Assembly: GCA_002269645.1 (NCBI GenBank)
Contig: NIVC01003688.1
Span: forward strand, 1-64,000
Direction: 5' to 3'
DNA: 64,000 bases
DNA from: Macrostomum lignano
Lineage: Eukaryota
Shown here: piece by piece, positions 1-13,292 of the stretch
Layout: the number at the start of each line of letters is the position of its first letter
Numbering within the stretch: the stretch's first letter is position 1
The notes under the pieces: model-generated
Told to the model about the DNA's origin: nothing
Database searches by the model: none
Seen by the model: only the letters and a program-made list of their open reading frames with translations
Translations under genes and position numbers: made by a program

Positions 1-169
1 AACTCTTTTCCTCTCTTAGCAAGAAAATAAAATCAAATTAGATAATTATTATTGATCAATCAAGAACACAAATACCCAGGTTGCGTACTACACTATAATC
101 AAAAGAAACACCAAAAAAAGACCCAAAAATGTTTTTCCAGTTTAATAAATAGTCTATTAATTAATTTGC

Positions 170-467
170 TTAATTAGGGGCCGCATAACTATTCACCATA
201 TTCAATCGATACTGAATGCCGCTAAATACCAATAGCAGTACGTAGATGCCGCAGCGATGAAGCAATTATTAGATAACTGCTTGTACCGATCGTCAATGTA
301 TTGATAACTGTAGCCAGAGCTGGCCCATTTCGCCTGGTCAAAGTAGATATCCTTCGGCTAGAGCTACCGCATTGACACGGGCAAATATGCCAAGCAGTAG
401 CAGCATCACATGCCCACACTGACAGTACAAGCAGTGAGACTGACAATTTCGGGCCGAGCAGAGCCAT
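170..467 (-). CDS. RNASEK: Ribonuclease kappa / V-ATPase subunit f homolog, intronless, frameshifted as assembled
   Basis: Joining frames gives MALLGPKLSVSLLVLSVW[G.]VMLLLLGIFARVNAVALAE[D]IYFDQAKW...YKQLSNNCFIAA[G]IYVLLLVFSGIQYRLNMVNSYAAPN*. This matches the RNASEK pattern GPKL..C..VLS.WG..ML..LGIF...CFIAA..Y. It needs indels near 414 (-2), 351 (+1) and 250 (-1); the corrected length is 300 nt (99 aa). Confidence 0.85.
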
Positions 468-680
468 GTTCTTGATGCTAATGACCAACTGTTTGCTTCA
501 GATTAATTTTAGCAAGCGATTATCTTTGAGTCTTTTTCGTCGAAACAGAAAAGCAGAAATTCAATATTCGAAATGATTGTTAAATAATTTGAAAAAATTC
601 ATCAAGACAATGCTTTTGAATTAAAAGCTGAATAAAATAGTTAGTTAGGAATAGAAAGTAATGCTGGGTCGTCTCTAAGA

Positions 681-2650
681 ACCTGCATGACCAAACGGGA
701 AGTCAAATAACCTGCATGACCAAACGGGAAGTCAAATAACCTACATGACCAAACGGGAAGTCAAATAACCTGCATGACCAAACGGGAAGTCAAATAACCT
801 ACATGACCAAACGGGAAGTCAAATAACCTACATGACCAAACGGGAAGTCAAATAACCTACATGACCAAACGGGAAGTCAAATAACCTACATGACCAAACG
901 GAAGTCAAATAACCTACATGACCAAACAGGAAGTCAAATAACCTACATGACCAAACGGGAAGTCAAATAACCTACATGACCAAACGGGAAGTCAAATAAC
1001 CTACATGACCAAACGGGAAGTCAAATAACCTACATGACCAAACGGGAAGTCAAATAACCTACATGACCAAACAGGAAGTCAAATAACCTACATGACCAAA
1101 CGGGAAGTCAAATAACCTACATGACCAAACGGGAAGTCAAATAACCTACATGACCAAACGGGAAGTCAAATAACCTACATGACCAAACGGGAAGTCAAAT
1201 AACCTACATGACCAAACGGGAAGTCAAATAACCTACATGACCAAACGGGAAGTCAAATAACCTACATGACCAAACGGGAAGTCAAATAACCTGCATGACC
1301 AAACGGGAAGTCAAATAACCTGCATGACCAAACGGGAAGTCAAATAACCTACATGACCAAACGGGAAGTCAAATAACCTACATGACCAAACGGGAAGTCA
1401 AATAACCTACATGACCAAACGGGAAGTCAAATAACCTACATGACCAAACGGGAAGTCAAATAACCTACATGACCAAACGGGAAGTCAAATAACCTACATG
1501 ACCAAACAGGAAGTCAAATAACCTGCATGACCAAACGGGAAGTCAAATAACCTACATGACCAAACGGGAAGTCAAATAACCTACATGACCAAACGGGAAG
1601 TCAAATAACCTACATGACCAAACGGGAAGTCAAATAACCTACATGACCAAACGGGAAGTCAAATAACCTACATGACCAAACGGGAAGTCAAATAACCTAC
1701 ATGACCAAACGGGAAGTCAAATAACCTACATGACCAAACGGGAAGTCAAGTAACCTACATGACCAAACGGGAAGTCAAATAACCTACATGACCAAACGGG
1801 AGTCAAATAACCTGCATGATCAAACGGGAAGTCAAATAACCTACATGACCAAACGGGAAGTCAAATAACCTACATGACCAAACGGGAAGTCAAATAACCT
1901 ACATGACCAAACGGGAAGTCAAATAACCTACATGACCAAACGGGAAGTCAAATAACCTACATGACCAAACGGGAAGTCAAGTAACCTACATGACCAAACG
2001 GGAAGTCAAATAACCTACATGACCAAACGGGGAGTCAAATAACCTGCATGACCAAACGGGAAGTCAAATAACCTACATGACCAAACGGGAAGTCAAATAA
2101 CCTACATGACCAAACGGGAAGTCAAGTAACCTACATGACCAAACGGGAAGTCAAATAACCTACATGACCAAACGGGGAGTCAAATAACCTGCATGATCAA
2201 ACGGGAAGTCAAATAACCTACATGACCAAACGGGGAGTCAAATAACCTGCATGATCAAACGGGAAGTCAAATAACCTACATGACCAAACGGGAAGTCAAA
2301 CAACCTACATGACCAAACGGGAAGTCAAGTAACCTACATGACCAAACGGGAAGTCAAATAACCTACATGACCAAACGGGGAGTCAAATAACCTGCATGAT
2401 CAAACGGGAAGTCAAATAACCTACATGACCAAACGGGAAGTCAAATAACCTGCATGACCAAACGGGAAGTCAAATAACCTACATGACCAAACGGGAAGTC
2501 CAACAACCTACATGACCAAACGGGAAGTCAAATAACCTGCATGACCAAACGGGAAGTCAAATAACCTACATGACCAAACGGGAAGTCCAACAACCTACAT
2601 GACCAAACGGGAAGTCAAATAACCTACATGACCAAACGGGAAGTCAAACA
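681..2650. repeat. 29-bp tandem array GACCAAACGGGAAGTCAAATAACCTACAT, about 68 copies
   Basis: Direct periodicity with few point variants. Confidence 0.97.
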
Positions 2651-3949
2651 ACTAGAAAGACAACTAACAAAATTTAAACCAAAGTTAAAAGACTTTTACA
2701 GTTTAAACTAAGCAAATTTTATATATTTCAACAATTCAGCGTGCATTCGAACAAAAATTGGATATCAATTGCGGAATCTATAGAAAAAAAAGTTATCAAA
2801 TACTGAATTAGAAAAACACGTAGAACGCGGAGATTTCGCGAGACGGGAATTTAATTTAGAGATAATTCTTGGGAGAAAAATATTAAACTAAATTATTACT
2901 GTATAGGATTGATTCCAAATTAATTTATCAACGAGATTTGATTTACAAATAAGTAAAGATGAAAGTCGCACGTAAGATTTAATAACAATTATTACAAATA
3001 TTTAAAATCGCTGGCACAAAGAATCAAACCTCTTCACCAAACAACTCCTACGTAATGCGCGTTAATTAGAAAAAATAACTGTTTTTACATAGAAAAATCT
3101 TTACCACAATTAAAAACACAACGATTACAAATTAACCGCAGTACATTACTCAATCTTGACAACTTAAAGTAGTAGATAGCGTATTTTTTCTTGACGTGTG
3201 CTTTAGATAATTATACTGCGCAAAATTTACAATTAACGACAATCAAATATACTGTCTCTCTGATAATGGAATTCTTCATTGATTGACAGAAAATTGACAC
3301 ATAAATCTTTAAAAAGTTTTTATACCATTAGTCTGCATTTAGCCAATATATTGCTTATTTCAATCGAATAGAGAAGCCAATAGACAGGGGTCAAAAGGAT
3401 GGGGCAGCCAGCTGACTCAACACAAAGGAAATCAAATGGGTTTAAGATGGACTCTAAAGATTAGGAAGAAGCTATGTTAAGGGCTTTTGGTTGCTACTTA
3501 AAGGGCATAACGGGGTCAACTGACCCCCCTCACTGAGGGTGTCACGGCTCAGGGTGGGTGGGGGGCAACGGGGTCAGATGACCCCCCGTCGAGTAAATCA
3601 GAGGGGGGAGATGACCACCTTTCAAGTAAACCAGAGAGGGGTCAGATGACCCCTCACGAGGAAATCAGAGGGGCTACGAATTAAAAAAAGCCATACTTTT
3701 TACCTGCCAGGTTGTTATCCAGGATTTTAGAGGAAGAGCAAGGGGGTCCGTTGACCCCGAAAAATTGATAAAAAATGTCTTACTAAAAAACCTTATCAAA
3801 GGATATGGAGTCAGCTGACCTCCCTACGCGCTAGACTCGACCCTGCTCCAATCAGATTAGTGCATACTTCTACTGTTGACAAGTGAATTATCAAATTCAT
3901 GTAATAAAGCATCGCGTATAGTTTAATAAACAACAAACAATCGTACGCA

Positions 3950-6900
3950 TCAGGCATTAATAGGCTGATAAGCGCTGACAGCGCCGTCTGGCGCCGGCTG
4001 TCGGCACCTGCGCACGCACAGATAGATAACGGCGGCCGACATCAAAAGAAACGGCAGACCCAAGCCGCACAGAATGACAATAATTACCAGGGTTGACACA
4101 GCATCGGCTGGCGGCTGGCCGAGGCCAACGGAAACCGTCCTTGGAAAAGTTAAAGAAATTAAAGTTAGGTTTACTAGCGCGTGAAAGCTGTAGCCGAAAT
4201 CAAATTAAAATGGCTGGGATTTTTAGCTCTTTCACTTAGTAAAAAAATTAAAATACTGTTAGAATAGGACGCATATTACAATTGATACCAATCTAGCACT
4301 ACGGTTTTTAATAGCCGGATCTGAATCAATGACAATGGCAATTGAATTTTCGATAATGGCACCTAGATGTTCGATAATGGCACCTAGATCTACTATAATG
4401 GCCCCTAGATTTTCGATAATGGAACTTTGATTTTTAAAATGACACCCAGATTTTCGATAATGGCACCTAGATTTTCGATAATGGCACTGAGTTTTTCAAT
4501 AAAATGGCACCTAATTTTTTGATAATGGCACTCAGATGTTCGATAATAGCACCCAGATTTTAAAAATGGCACCTAGACTTTCAACAATGACACCTAAATA
4601 TATATTTTCGAGATTTCTATTATATAATTAGTACTGTATGTTAGGCAGATGTAAGATTTCTAAATTAACCTAAAAAAGACTTATTAAAAAGTAATAAAAG
4701 CCCGCATAAAATGTAAAGCACTCACCACACAGTATAGTTAGTTGCAGCGTAAAACTTGTCCTTAGGAATGCCAAATGTGACATTAATAGCTCTGGCGCCG
4801 GTTAACTGAAGCAAATCGCCTCCATACAATGGATAGGCAAAGCTATTGTTAAGCGCCTCAGTTAAGCCAGCTGACAACTGAACAAGGTCCGTATGCTTCA
4901 CAACTGTACTGTTACTAATAGTACGCTTCTCGGCTTTATAGCACACCGGTTTCCATTGAGCGTAGCAAGAATCAGGCGAAAGCCAATTAGACATTCGAAA
5001 TACACCGGGCGTGAATTCGTCATCAATATTGGGTACGTATTTAATCTTCTGTTCTCTCTGCTTTCCATCGGCATCTGGTGTGCCGTCTAAGAGAACAGTT
5101 TCAACACCGAATCTGGCATCTGGCACGCTGCTAAACAGATCTTTGAGTTGGAATTCTACTTGAGTATTATTGCTAGTGAATTGCAACTGAGGCAGATCGT
5201 CCGCTCTGCCTACTGTAGGCGACAATTGCACTTTTAATTTCAAACTGCTGCCGTTCTTTTTAAATATTTCAGCTAGATGTTCGTCTCCAGCGTTCTCAAC
5301 TGAGTAAGTGGCCGGGTCAACCTCCGGTGCCATCGTTTCTGGTGCGATTCATAATGGCGATTAGGATGAGATATAGGTGCCCTATAGTAATCAATTATAG
5401 GCTGCTTTTCTAATGGGGTTTAAAGGGAATTCTACAGATTAGAGGAGAATTCTATTAGTGGATTAGAGAAGGTTCTATTATCGGAAGGGAATGATGATCG
5501 GAAGGGAATTCTATTACCGGATCGGAGGGGAATTCTATTATCGGATCAGAGGGGAATTTTATTATTTGTTTAGAGGGGAATTCCATTATCGAACCGGGGG
5601 AATTCTCTTATCGGATCGAAAGGGAATTCTATTTTAGGATCGGAGGGGAATTAATTTATCGGATCGAAGGGGAATTCTATCATCGGATCGGAGGGGAATT
5701 CTAATGTGGAGATTCCTAAACTGTAAGACCCGTAGATACAGGAGACATTTAGTGCAAAGCAGATCTATTAGCACCTTACCCATCATACTATAAGCAGACA
5801 AAACAAACTGAGTCAAGCCGTTGCTCAGAATCTCCGGTGCCTGTTCCAGCCGCCACAGAAAACTACTGAACGGATAGACGTGAGTAGTATTAACAGGATT
5901 TGTTGGAATCTCGACTTTGTCATTCTTGTCGGAGTATTCGATTAGCTAAAATTATATATAAAGGATGCAGTTGAAAATATCATTATCAAATTAGCATTGT
6001 GTCAGAGTACTGGACTTACATTGGTGAAAGCAAAAGTAAACTTCGACATTAATTTAGCTTTCGGATTGCTAAACGACAAAGCATGGCCTTGTCCGTTGAA
6101 TTGGCAGAGAATATATCAGGCCAGGACACGCTGGCTACTTGTTTAGGATCGTCAAATTGAGCATAGGAGATGGCCACATCGCCGAGGCCCTCGCCAACTG
6201 TGACAAATACATGTAGAGAATCTGCGCTGCGTTGCAAGCGACTGTACACAAGCAGGGTGCCGTTGTTGCACAGCGATTGACAGCTTGGATTGACCTCTGT
6301 TACGAACTAGGGTTATATAGGGAAGAAAATGTTTATGTAGTAAAGTAATGGATTTTGCTGATTTGTTTTTCTACACAGTCAAGAGCTAAGGTTTTATATG
6401 CTCAATGATAATAATAATAATTGACTACGCCTGCCCTAATGGCAGATGTGCAACCAACAGCTCAGCCGCAGCCATTGCGCGGCGCATCTGAAGGCTGTTC
6501 AGTCCAAGGATTGGGGGTCGCCACACAGCTTCAATTACCCCAGCTAATGCTGGCACTCATTTTACAGCTGGGTGAACTGAAGCAATACAGAGTGTGTTAA
6601 GTGTCTTGCTGAAGGACACACAAATTGTTCCAAGTGGGATTGGGATCAAATCCTTAGCCTTCTAGTCATGAGTCTGACGCTCTAACCATTAGGCTACAGC
6701 CCCCCTTAGGTTCACAAACATTAAATTGCTTTTTTCATTGAATTACTTAAAAAATCAATTGTTATATAATATGTTTTATAAGTAAGTTTCTATACAAATT
6801 TAAATATATTACTACCTTTGTAGCATAATACTGGGGATCACACAATATCACATTTTCAAGATTTTTAAGACTCAATGCCTATATTTAATTAACTTTAGAA

Positions 6901-9900
6901 GTACAATACAATAATACATTTTTATTCCAAGATTCTATCATCTGTAAAGTGTATAAATAAACTATCAATTTTTTTTCCTACTTACTAGGGTAGAAATACA
7001 ACTCTACTATGAGTAGAGTTAAAAGGATGACCAAATTGAAAGATGTAACAGTTTTTAAAAAAATCATTTCAAGCTGCACAAGTCAAACTTTTTTCCAAGA
7101 ACACAAAACAAAGGTTAAAATTAACAAGTGTGCCAAGAATTAAATGATTAAAATTTTGTCTAACCCCTACATAGTAAAAATTTTTATATTACTACTACTT
7201 AAGTAATCAAACAAACCACACACTTAAGTTTTTGGGGGGGGGGGTGCTTACTATCAAGGGGATGCTTGCTCTCTAGGAGGGTACTTGCTATTTGGGAAAG
7301 AGGGATACTAGCTACATGTATCTACAATTCTACATGTATGGGATTCTTTATATCTAGAGATGTTTGCTTTTTAGGGATGCCTACAATGAAGAAGGAATTG
7401 GTTCTTAAAAGAATGTGCTTTATAAATTGTTTTCTATGAATAATATTTGCTCCTTTATTATTGGGCACCCTGAAAGGGGGCACTAGATTGCTAGTCTTTC
7501 TTTCTCAAAATAATAAAAAGACAATAAAATAAAACCTTTGCAAGGATAACAGGCATCCCCCTTAAATAGAAAACATAGTCTCTAAGACAAAAAACATTCC
7601 TCTATATAGCAAGTATCCCCAATAATAAGCAACCTTAGACATCAAGCATACCCTAAGATAGCAAGTATCCCCTAGATAGCAAGCAAACCCCTAAAGAGAA
7701 TATCTCAGATAGCAAGCTAATAGTAAACAACCCTAGGCAACAAGCATCCCAAAGATAGCAAGCATCTTGTGCATCCCCTAGATAGCAAACATCCCTGAGA
7801 TAGCAAGTACCCTCTAATAGTAAGCAATTCTAAGCAGCAAGCATCTTCCCAAAAAGCTAGGGATTGGACATGATCACAATTTCATGAATTCACAAACATT
7901 TTTTCACAATTATGATTTCCTTGAAGCCCATTTATGAGGTCATGAATTACTGCTTATTTTTGTGTTTAAATTATAACTTTTCTATTTAATTTAGTACAAT
8001 AAAAATGTGAACACAAATGTATAAAGCAGCAATACATTTGTTGACTTTACAGCAGTACTTGAGTATCTATTATCTAATATATAATGGTTTCTTTTATTGT
8101 TTTGTTATTTTCTACACTTGTAACTTATGAGCTTATAATAATTATAAATTCATATTCATGATCATGCCCAACTTTGAAATTTCACAAAATTTCATGCCCA
8201 ACCAAAATTTTCTGCTTGTCTGACTTCTACAAAAGGCAATCTATATTAAACTTTTAATTCTATATTTTTAATATAGCTGCTTATAAATTCTATAATAACT
8301 AAATATATAGCAGAGCAAAAACTATGCTGATAGTCATTGGGTGATAAAAACAACCATCAGCATAGTTTATATTCTGACTATATGTTTAGCTGTTTTAGAA
8401 TTGTAATAGGCCTCATTTTTATGCCATTATTTTCTTGGAATTGTGCATTTCAAAAGTACTATTATTGTTATACTATACAAATATTATAAATATTTTCTAT
8501 AAGTGAAATATCCTGTATATTTTGAATATTATCATTTGTTATAAACTGTATTGCAAAACTTTACTATGAAAGGGAGCCTGCTGGAGGCCAAGAAAAATAA
8601 ATTGTTTTTGTTTCTATATCAGTTTACCTTGTCTGTCTTCTTGCTTCAAGCTTGAAATTGTTCTAATATCTCAAAATTGAAGCCTTGTTTAATACTTATA
8701 GACTTAGTAATTTAGGTAAAAGCATTAAGAAGCCCTAAAATTGGGAGAGATCAAACTGTTCTCAGAAGAACGAGAAATCCAGATCTAGAATCTGAGAAAT
8801 TGCCTTTAGAAGGCAGGAATCCTACCACAGGGTAGAGAAGTCTAGACTCAGAGTCTGAAAAACCCGCCTCAATGCAGAATACCTAGCAAGTAAGCTGTGA
8901 CCCTCTGATCCCAGGAACACCCAGGACTGAGAGAATAATATCTTTAGAAGGAATAGGATAGACAGTGCCTAAAGACCGCTCAGGCCAATACAATAGAAGT
9001 ACACACGGTACTAATAGAAGTACATACACTACCAATAGAAGTAAATGCATTACTAGTAAAAAGGCAAATAATAACCAGTAAGATCAGTAAGGAGAAATAA
9101 CCACTATTACAACTTTGGTGACTCAGCGGTGAGATTCTGTATCATACAGGAACACCGCTTTGACAACTTTGGTAGCATTGCGGAATCATTTATAAGGACA
9201 GAAATAAGCCCTACATCAGAATTCATAAATAGCTATGTGAAAAATTTAGAACTAGAAGTTTAACACATATTGCAGCATTGCTTTTTGAAGCTTTGTTCTA
9301 TTTATTATGGTTCAAAAGTTATATTACAAGTGCCTAAAGTTCAAAAATATGATAGGACCTTCTTGTAGAATGACCCATATATATAAAAATGGCTTAACTG
9401 ATTTTCTTTAAGCTTGTACTATTTAAACAGAAATTTTGAATGATTTATATCTATATATGTATAGATAGACAAACCATATTTAATATATGGAAGTTTCAAA
9501 AAGCTTTCAAATTCTAACTTTTTAGTCTTTTTTCTATAAACAAAACAAAAGCATATTTTTTTATCTTAAGGTATAGACTTAATACAATATAATAAAATAT
9601 TTCTATGATTATATAATTGCATGTCCATAATCTAGATCAAGTAGTATAAGTCCCAAAAATGGGGTGTGCATTGGCCTTGTATGCCCAAAGTTTGGCATGC
9701 TTACCTGGTATGTACTTTATGCAATAATATAGAAAAGTTTATATTAGGAGGAAAAATATTAACAAGTTTATTATTAAGTATAAATTCAAGCTTTTGGTTT
9801 TTGTAAGCATAAATTTAAGTGGTCATTTTTTGTTACTAAAGTGACTATTACTGAAATAGCTATTACTTAAGTGGATTATTCATGCATATTTGGTATGCTT

Positions 9901-11812
9901 GAATCTTAAAAATTTGTATTTGAAGGAAAGAAACAAAGAATTGGGGAAGAAAGAAAAGAGAGAAACAGAAAAGGAAAAGAAAATAAGGAGAAGAGAAAGA
10001 AGGGAAAGAGGAAAGAGAAAAAGAAAGAAAACAAAAGAGAAAAATGTAAGAAAAGTCATATACAAAGAGCAAAGTGAAAATTAAGTTTCAATTGAGGGAA
10101 CCAAGTTGCATTGAGAGGAACTAAGTTGCAATTGGGAGAAGCTAAGTTGCAACTGGATAGGTGAAATTTTGAAGTTGGACATATATGGTTACAATGCAAA
10201 AAAATTCTTATTGTTGCAACATTTTTTATAATTTCCAATATATATATCACAACTAAATTTGTTTTTTTCTAGTAAATATTTGAATTTGTAATATAGGAAA
10301 TTATTTTTTCTAGCATACTATGTAACAGATTTGGGGTATGGGTATATTTTACTTAAAAATGTATAGGTACATTTACACTTAAAATTTTGCTGAAAACACT
10401 AGCATACTCTAGATACCTTCTTGACAATGGCTCATATGTCTTTGGTAATTCCTTAAAAGCTTTACATTAACAAAACTTGAGTTGCAATAAAGCAAAATAT
10501 GTTGCTTATTAAAAAATACTAAGCCTAGCTAATGCCATATTATTGTTAGTGCCAAAATGTACAACTAGGCCCTGGCTTATTGTAGATATGAAAAATTGGA
10601 ACTTTTGGCTTTGATTCTAGTCTACATTGCAGATGGTGTGCATATATACTAGTACCTTTCTAGTGCACTTTGATGGTATACACTATTGGCATACATAAGT
10701 AATATAACCACGTATACTTTTTAGTATAAAAATTTTGGTAAATAAATTCATGCCCTGCATGAAAATTGTAATGTAAATTAATATTTTTATTATAAAGTAA
10801 AAGAAAATCTGTATAATCTAAAAAGTCTATGATAAACTTTTTGCTCTTTTAAAATTAACAATAAATTAAATTAGTATAGGCCTAAATTATTGCTAAGAGC
10901 ATCAATTTGGCATCATTATTTCTGTAGGTATAATTTAAGTTTTTTAAAATGAAAATATTTGTAATATTTTAAAGACTGTACAAAAGCCTTTTTTTAGAAA
11001 ACTTTAGGCCAACTTATGAAAACCAAATTATCTTTAAGGAGGAATTTTGGGGAAATTTTTAGGGAAATTTTACATTTTGGGGAAATTTTTTGTTTTTGGC
11101 ATATATTGGCATACAGTTAGTTAGATGAGCTAGGATTCTTGTTCTGGCATAGGCCTATACTACTATATGATCTGCAACCTAGATTCTAGTTAATAAACAG
11201 GATTTAATACAACATTAATTGACAATTTTAGTTAAACATGTGAAAAACTTTTACAAAAAAAAAACAAAACAAAAAATAAAATAAAACAAAACAAAACAAC
11301 AAATAAAAAACAAAAAAAACTTTTATAACTTTTACAATTTTTAGGCTATTTAAAAACTGTTGCCAAAGCCTACCTAAGCTAAGGGATCTTATCTTATCAC
11401 TAAAATAAAATAACATTTGCTTGTTACCAAAATGACTATAGTCTGGCAACTAGCTAAGTACAGTACAGTTGGTAATAGGTAGGCCTATTCACCTATGTAT
11501 ATTGTCATGTCATTCACTTTGCTTTGCTTGAACCTTGAGAAAGCCTAAGCCCTACAAGGCAACAGAAATTTACAATAAGGCAAGGTAAGCCTGTAATTTA
11601 TAAATTTCACTGGCACATTATGAACAATATTTAGATGTTGAGGTTTTAATAGTCAATCAATAGTAAATTATTTAGTATATGTATATTTAGATTAAATCAA
11701 TTGTGCATTATGCCTACTGCATACATACCTTATTTTCTGCAGTGGATGGACAGAAAACTGCAAACAAAATGTGAGCAATGACAAAATTAAATAAGCATAA
11801 AGGAAATTGCAT
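3950..11812 (-). CDS. GLMP: Glycosylated lysosomal membrane protein (NCU-G1 family), 5 exons: 11812-11729, 6306-6020, 5945-5780, 5338-4726, 4139-3950
   Basis: Signal peptide MQFPLCLFNFVIAHILFAVFCPSTAENK; family motifs IDDEFTPGVF, YAQWKPVCY and NVTFG...NYTVW; C-terminal TM helix; lysosomal tail YQPINA*. GT-AG junctions are phase-consistent except for one missing base in exon 2 (about 6075-6115). Confidence 0.88.
4335..4600. repeat. About 21-bp tandem array (ATAATGGCACCTAGATTTTCG) in GLMP intron 4
   Basis: Direct periodicity, degenerate edges. Confidence 0.85.
5440..5705. repeat. Degenerate array of about 22 bp (GGGGAATTCTATTATCGGATC) in GLMP intron 3
   Basis: Repeated GGAATTCTATT core. Confidence 0.8.
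6407..6706 (-). mobile_element. tRNA-derived SINE with CORE-like domain, copy 1
   Basis: Minus strand reads: tRNA-like head (TAGCCTAATGG A box, degenerate B box), then GTGTCCTTCAGCAAGACACTTAAC...CAGCTGTAAAATG (MIR/CORE-like), then an (ATT)n tail. Colinear with the copy at 54844. Confidence 0.82.
7250..7850. repeat. Degenerate GATAGCAAGCATCCC repeats in two opposed blocks (7250-7400 vs 7600-7850)
   Basis: GGGATGCTTGCT units on the left, TAGCAAGCATCCC units on the right. Confidence 0.55.
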
Positions 11813-12983
11813 CTTAATGATGTTGGGCAAGATCTAGTAACTTCTGCAGCCAGTTCAGTTGAGGTTCATTTTACGCGTACGATAAAATCCGTTTCAAAAC
11901 AAATTTATAATATTTCTTACACGAAAGAACCATCCTTACTTTTATAAGATTGCTCAAACCAAATGATGTTCATTCAACTTTTATGTCTTTATTCAAATAA
12001 TTTACAAGCGTAGCTACACAGATAAATATATCAATAGTATACAGTGCTACTAAATTATATGATTTTTCTTTATTACCGCATATTGTTTGTTAAAACTCGT
12101 TTAAAGCCGAAAAATCGATGCTGATAAAAATTATCAAATTTACAAATGACAATTAGAATTTTGTACGCCAGTTAGCATCGAGACACACGCGAAACTTTTC
12201 GAAAAGATGACCGGCTGCGGAGGTAGCGTTCAGGCCCCTGTCTATGGTTATTAATTCCTGGAAAGCTTTTTTCCATTTGGGCCAGGACAATTTGACTGTA
12301 ATAAAGTACATTGACCTAAAGTCAAATTATGTATATGTATTTGTGTATGATTTGTATATATTTGCGTATGGACTTTGTATATGACTTTATTTCCCCTCCC
12401 TTATCTAAGGCTTTGAACTGGATCGGCTCGAAATTCCATATGCCTGAAATTTCTAATGTTAAGAGCTACGTACTATGGCTAAAAAATTTTAGCGGTACTT
12501 TCAACCACATGTGTGTGAATTTTTTTCGAGCGCAAAAAAGTGAAATGTACGAGTTTATGATGCTTTTAAGATTGCGATTACTTTAGCTGTAGCGATTCCT
12601 TCTAATCTATTTTTTACTGAAATTATACTGGAAACTTAGGAAGTAAGAAATAAGTTCTGTAAAAACATCAGTTTTTTCTACATGTTCGAGCCTACATGTA
12701 TATCTTCCGATAGTTTTTTATTTCTAGACGATTTTTATTGTTCATGGTGAATTACATGTACCTATGCGTACCTCATGCATTAGCGCTTTGCAAAAAAAAT
12801 CCTACACGGAACGCAGTTAAAAAAACAGTTGTACGCTCGTATTTTTTGTTCCCGCTAGTGAACAATGTTTGATTTTATTTTCTTCCAAGCAATGCTGCAT
12901 ATGGATCGAGTATCTGCAGTTACATGTATGCTTTTATAAATTCGAATTCCAAGTTTAAAAGGAGCGATATTGTGAAATTTAAA

Positions 12984-13026
12984 CAAGGACCACTACTAGT
13001 AGTGCAGTACTACCCAGTGGTCCTTG
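12984..13026. mobile_element. 43-bp TIR-TIR element or transposon excision scar
   Basis: CAAGGACCACT...AGTGGTCCTTG (11-bp perfect TIR), flanked by 8-bp TSD AATTTAAA at 12976-12983 and 13027-13034. Confidence 0.85.
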
Positions 13027-13259
13027 AATTTAAATCGCTAAAAGCCAACAAAAAATTCCTACTTCGCTCTGCTCTGCAGCCGTTCTTTTATAGTTTAGTT
13101 TACTTTAGTTTATTGTAGTTTTTCATGATAAATACATGCCTACGCGAATATTAAATGATGGATCGAAGTAACTTTTGGGTCCGGATCGCGTGGGAAAACT
13201 CCGGTCTGTCGTACGAACACGTACGGATCTATCATGAACAATATGCTACTAGCTATACG

Positions 13260-13292
13260 CAAGGACCACTGTATATACAATGGTCCAGCTTG
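13260..13292. mobile_element. 33-bp TIR-TIR element or excision scar, same family
   Basis: CAAGGACCACT...TGGTCCAGCTTG, flanked by 8-bp TSD GCTATACG at 13252-13259 and 13293-13300. Confidence 0.8.

Noticed and set aside
222-488. 88-aa ORF as supplied
   Set aside because: It is only the first frame of the frameshifted RNASEK; the residues after VLSVW are out of frame.
3385-3845. Possible CAGGG...CCCTG MITE with internal GGGGTCA..TGACCCC palindromes
   Set aside because: The TIRs are very imperfect and there is no TSD; plausible old element but unsupported.
9100-9190. Possible LTR end plus primer-binding site (two ACAACTTTGGT motifs)
   Set aside because: There is no second LTR, no TSD and no gag/pol nearby, and the tRNA complementarity is imperfect.
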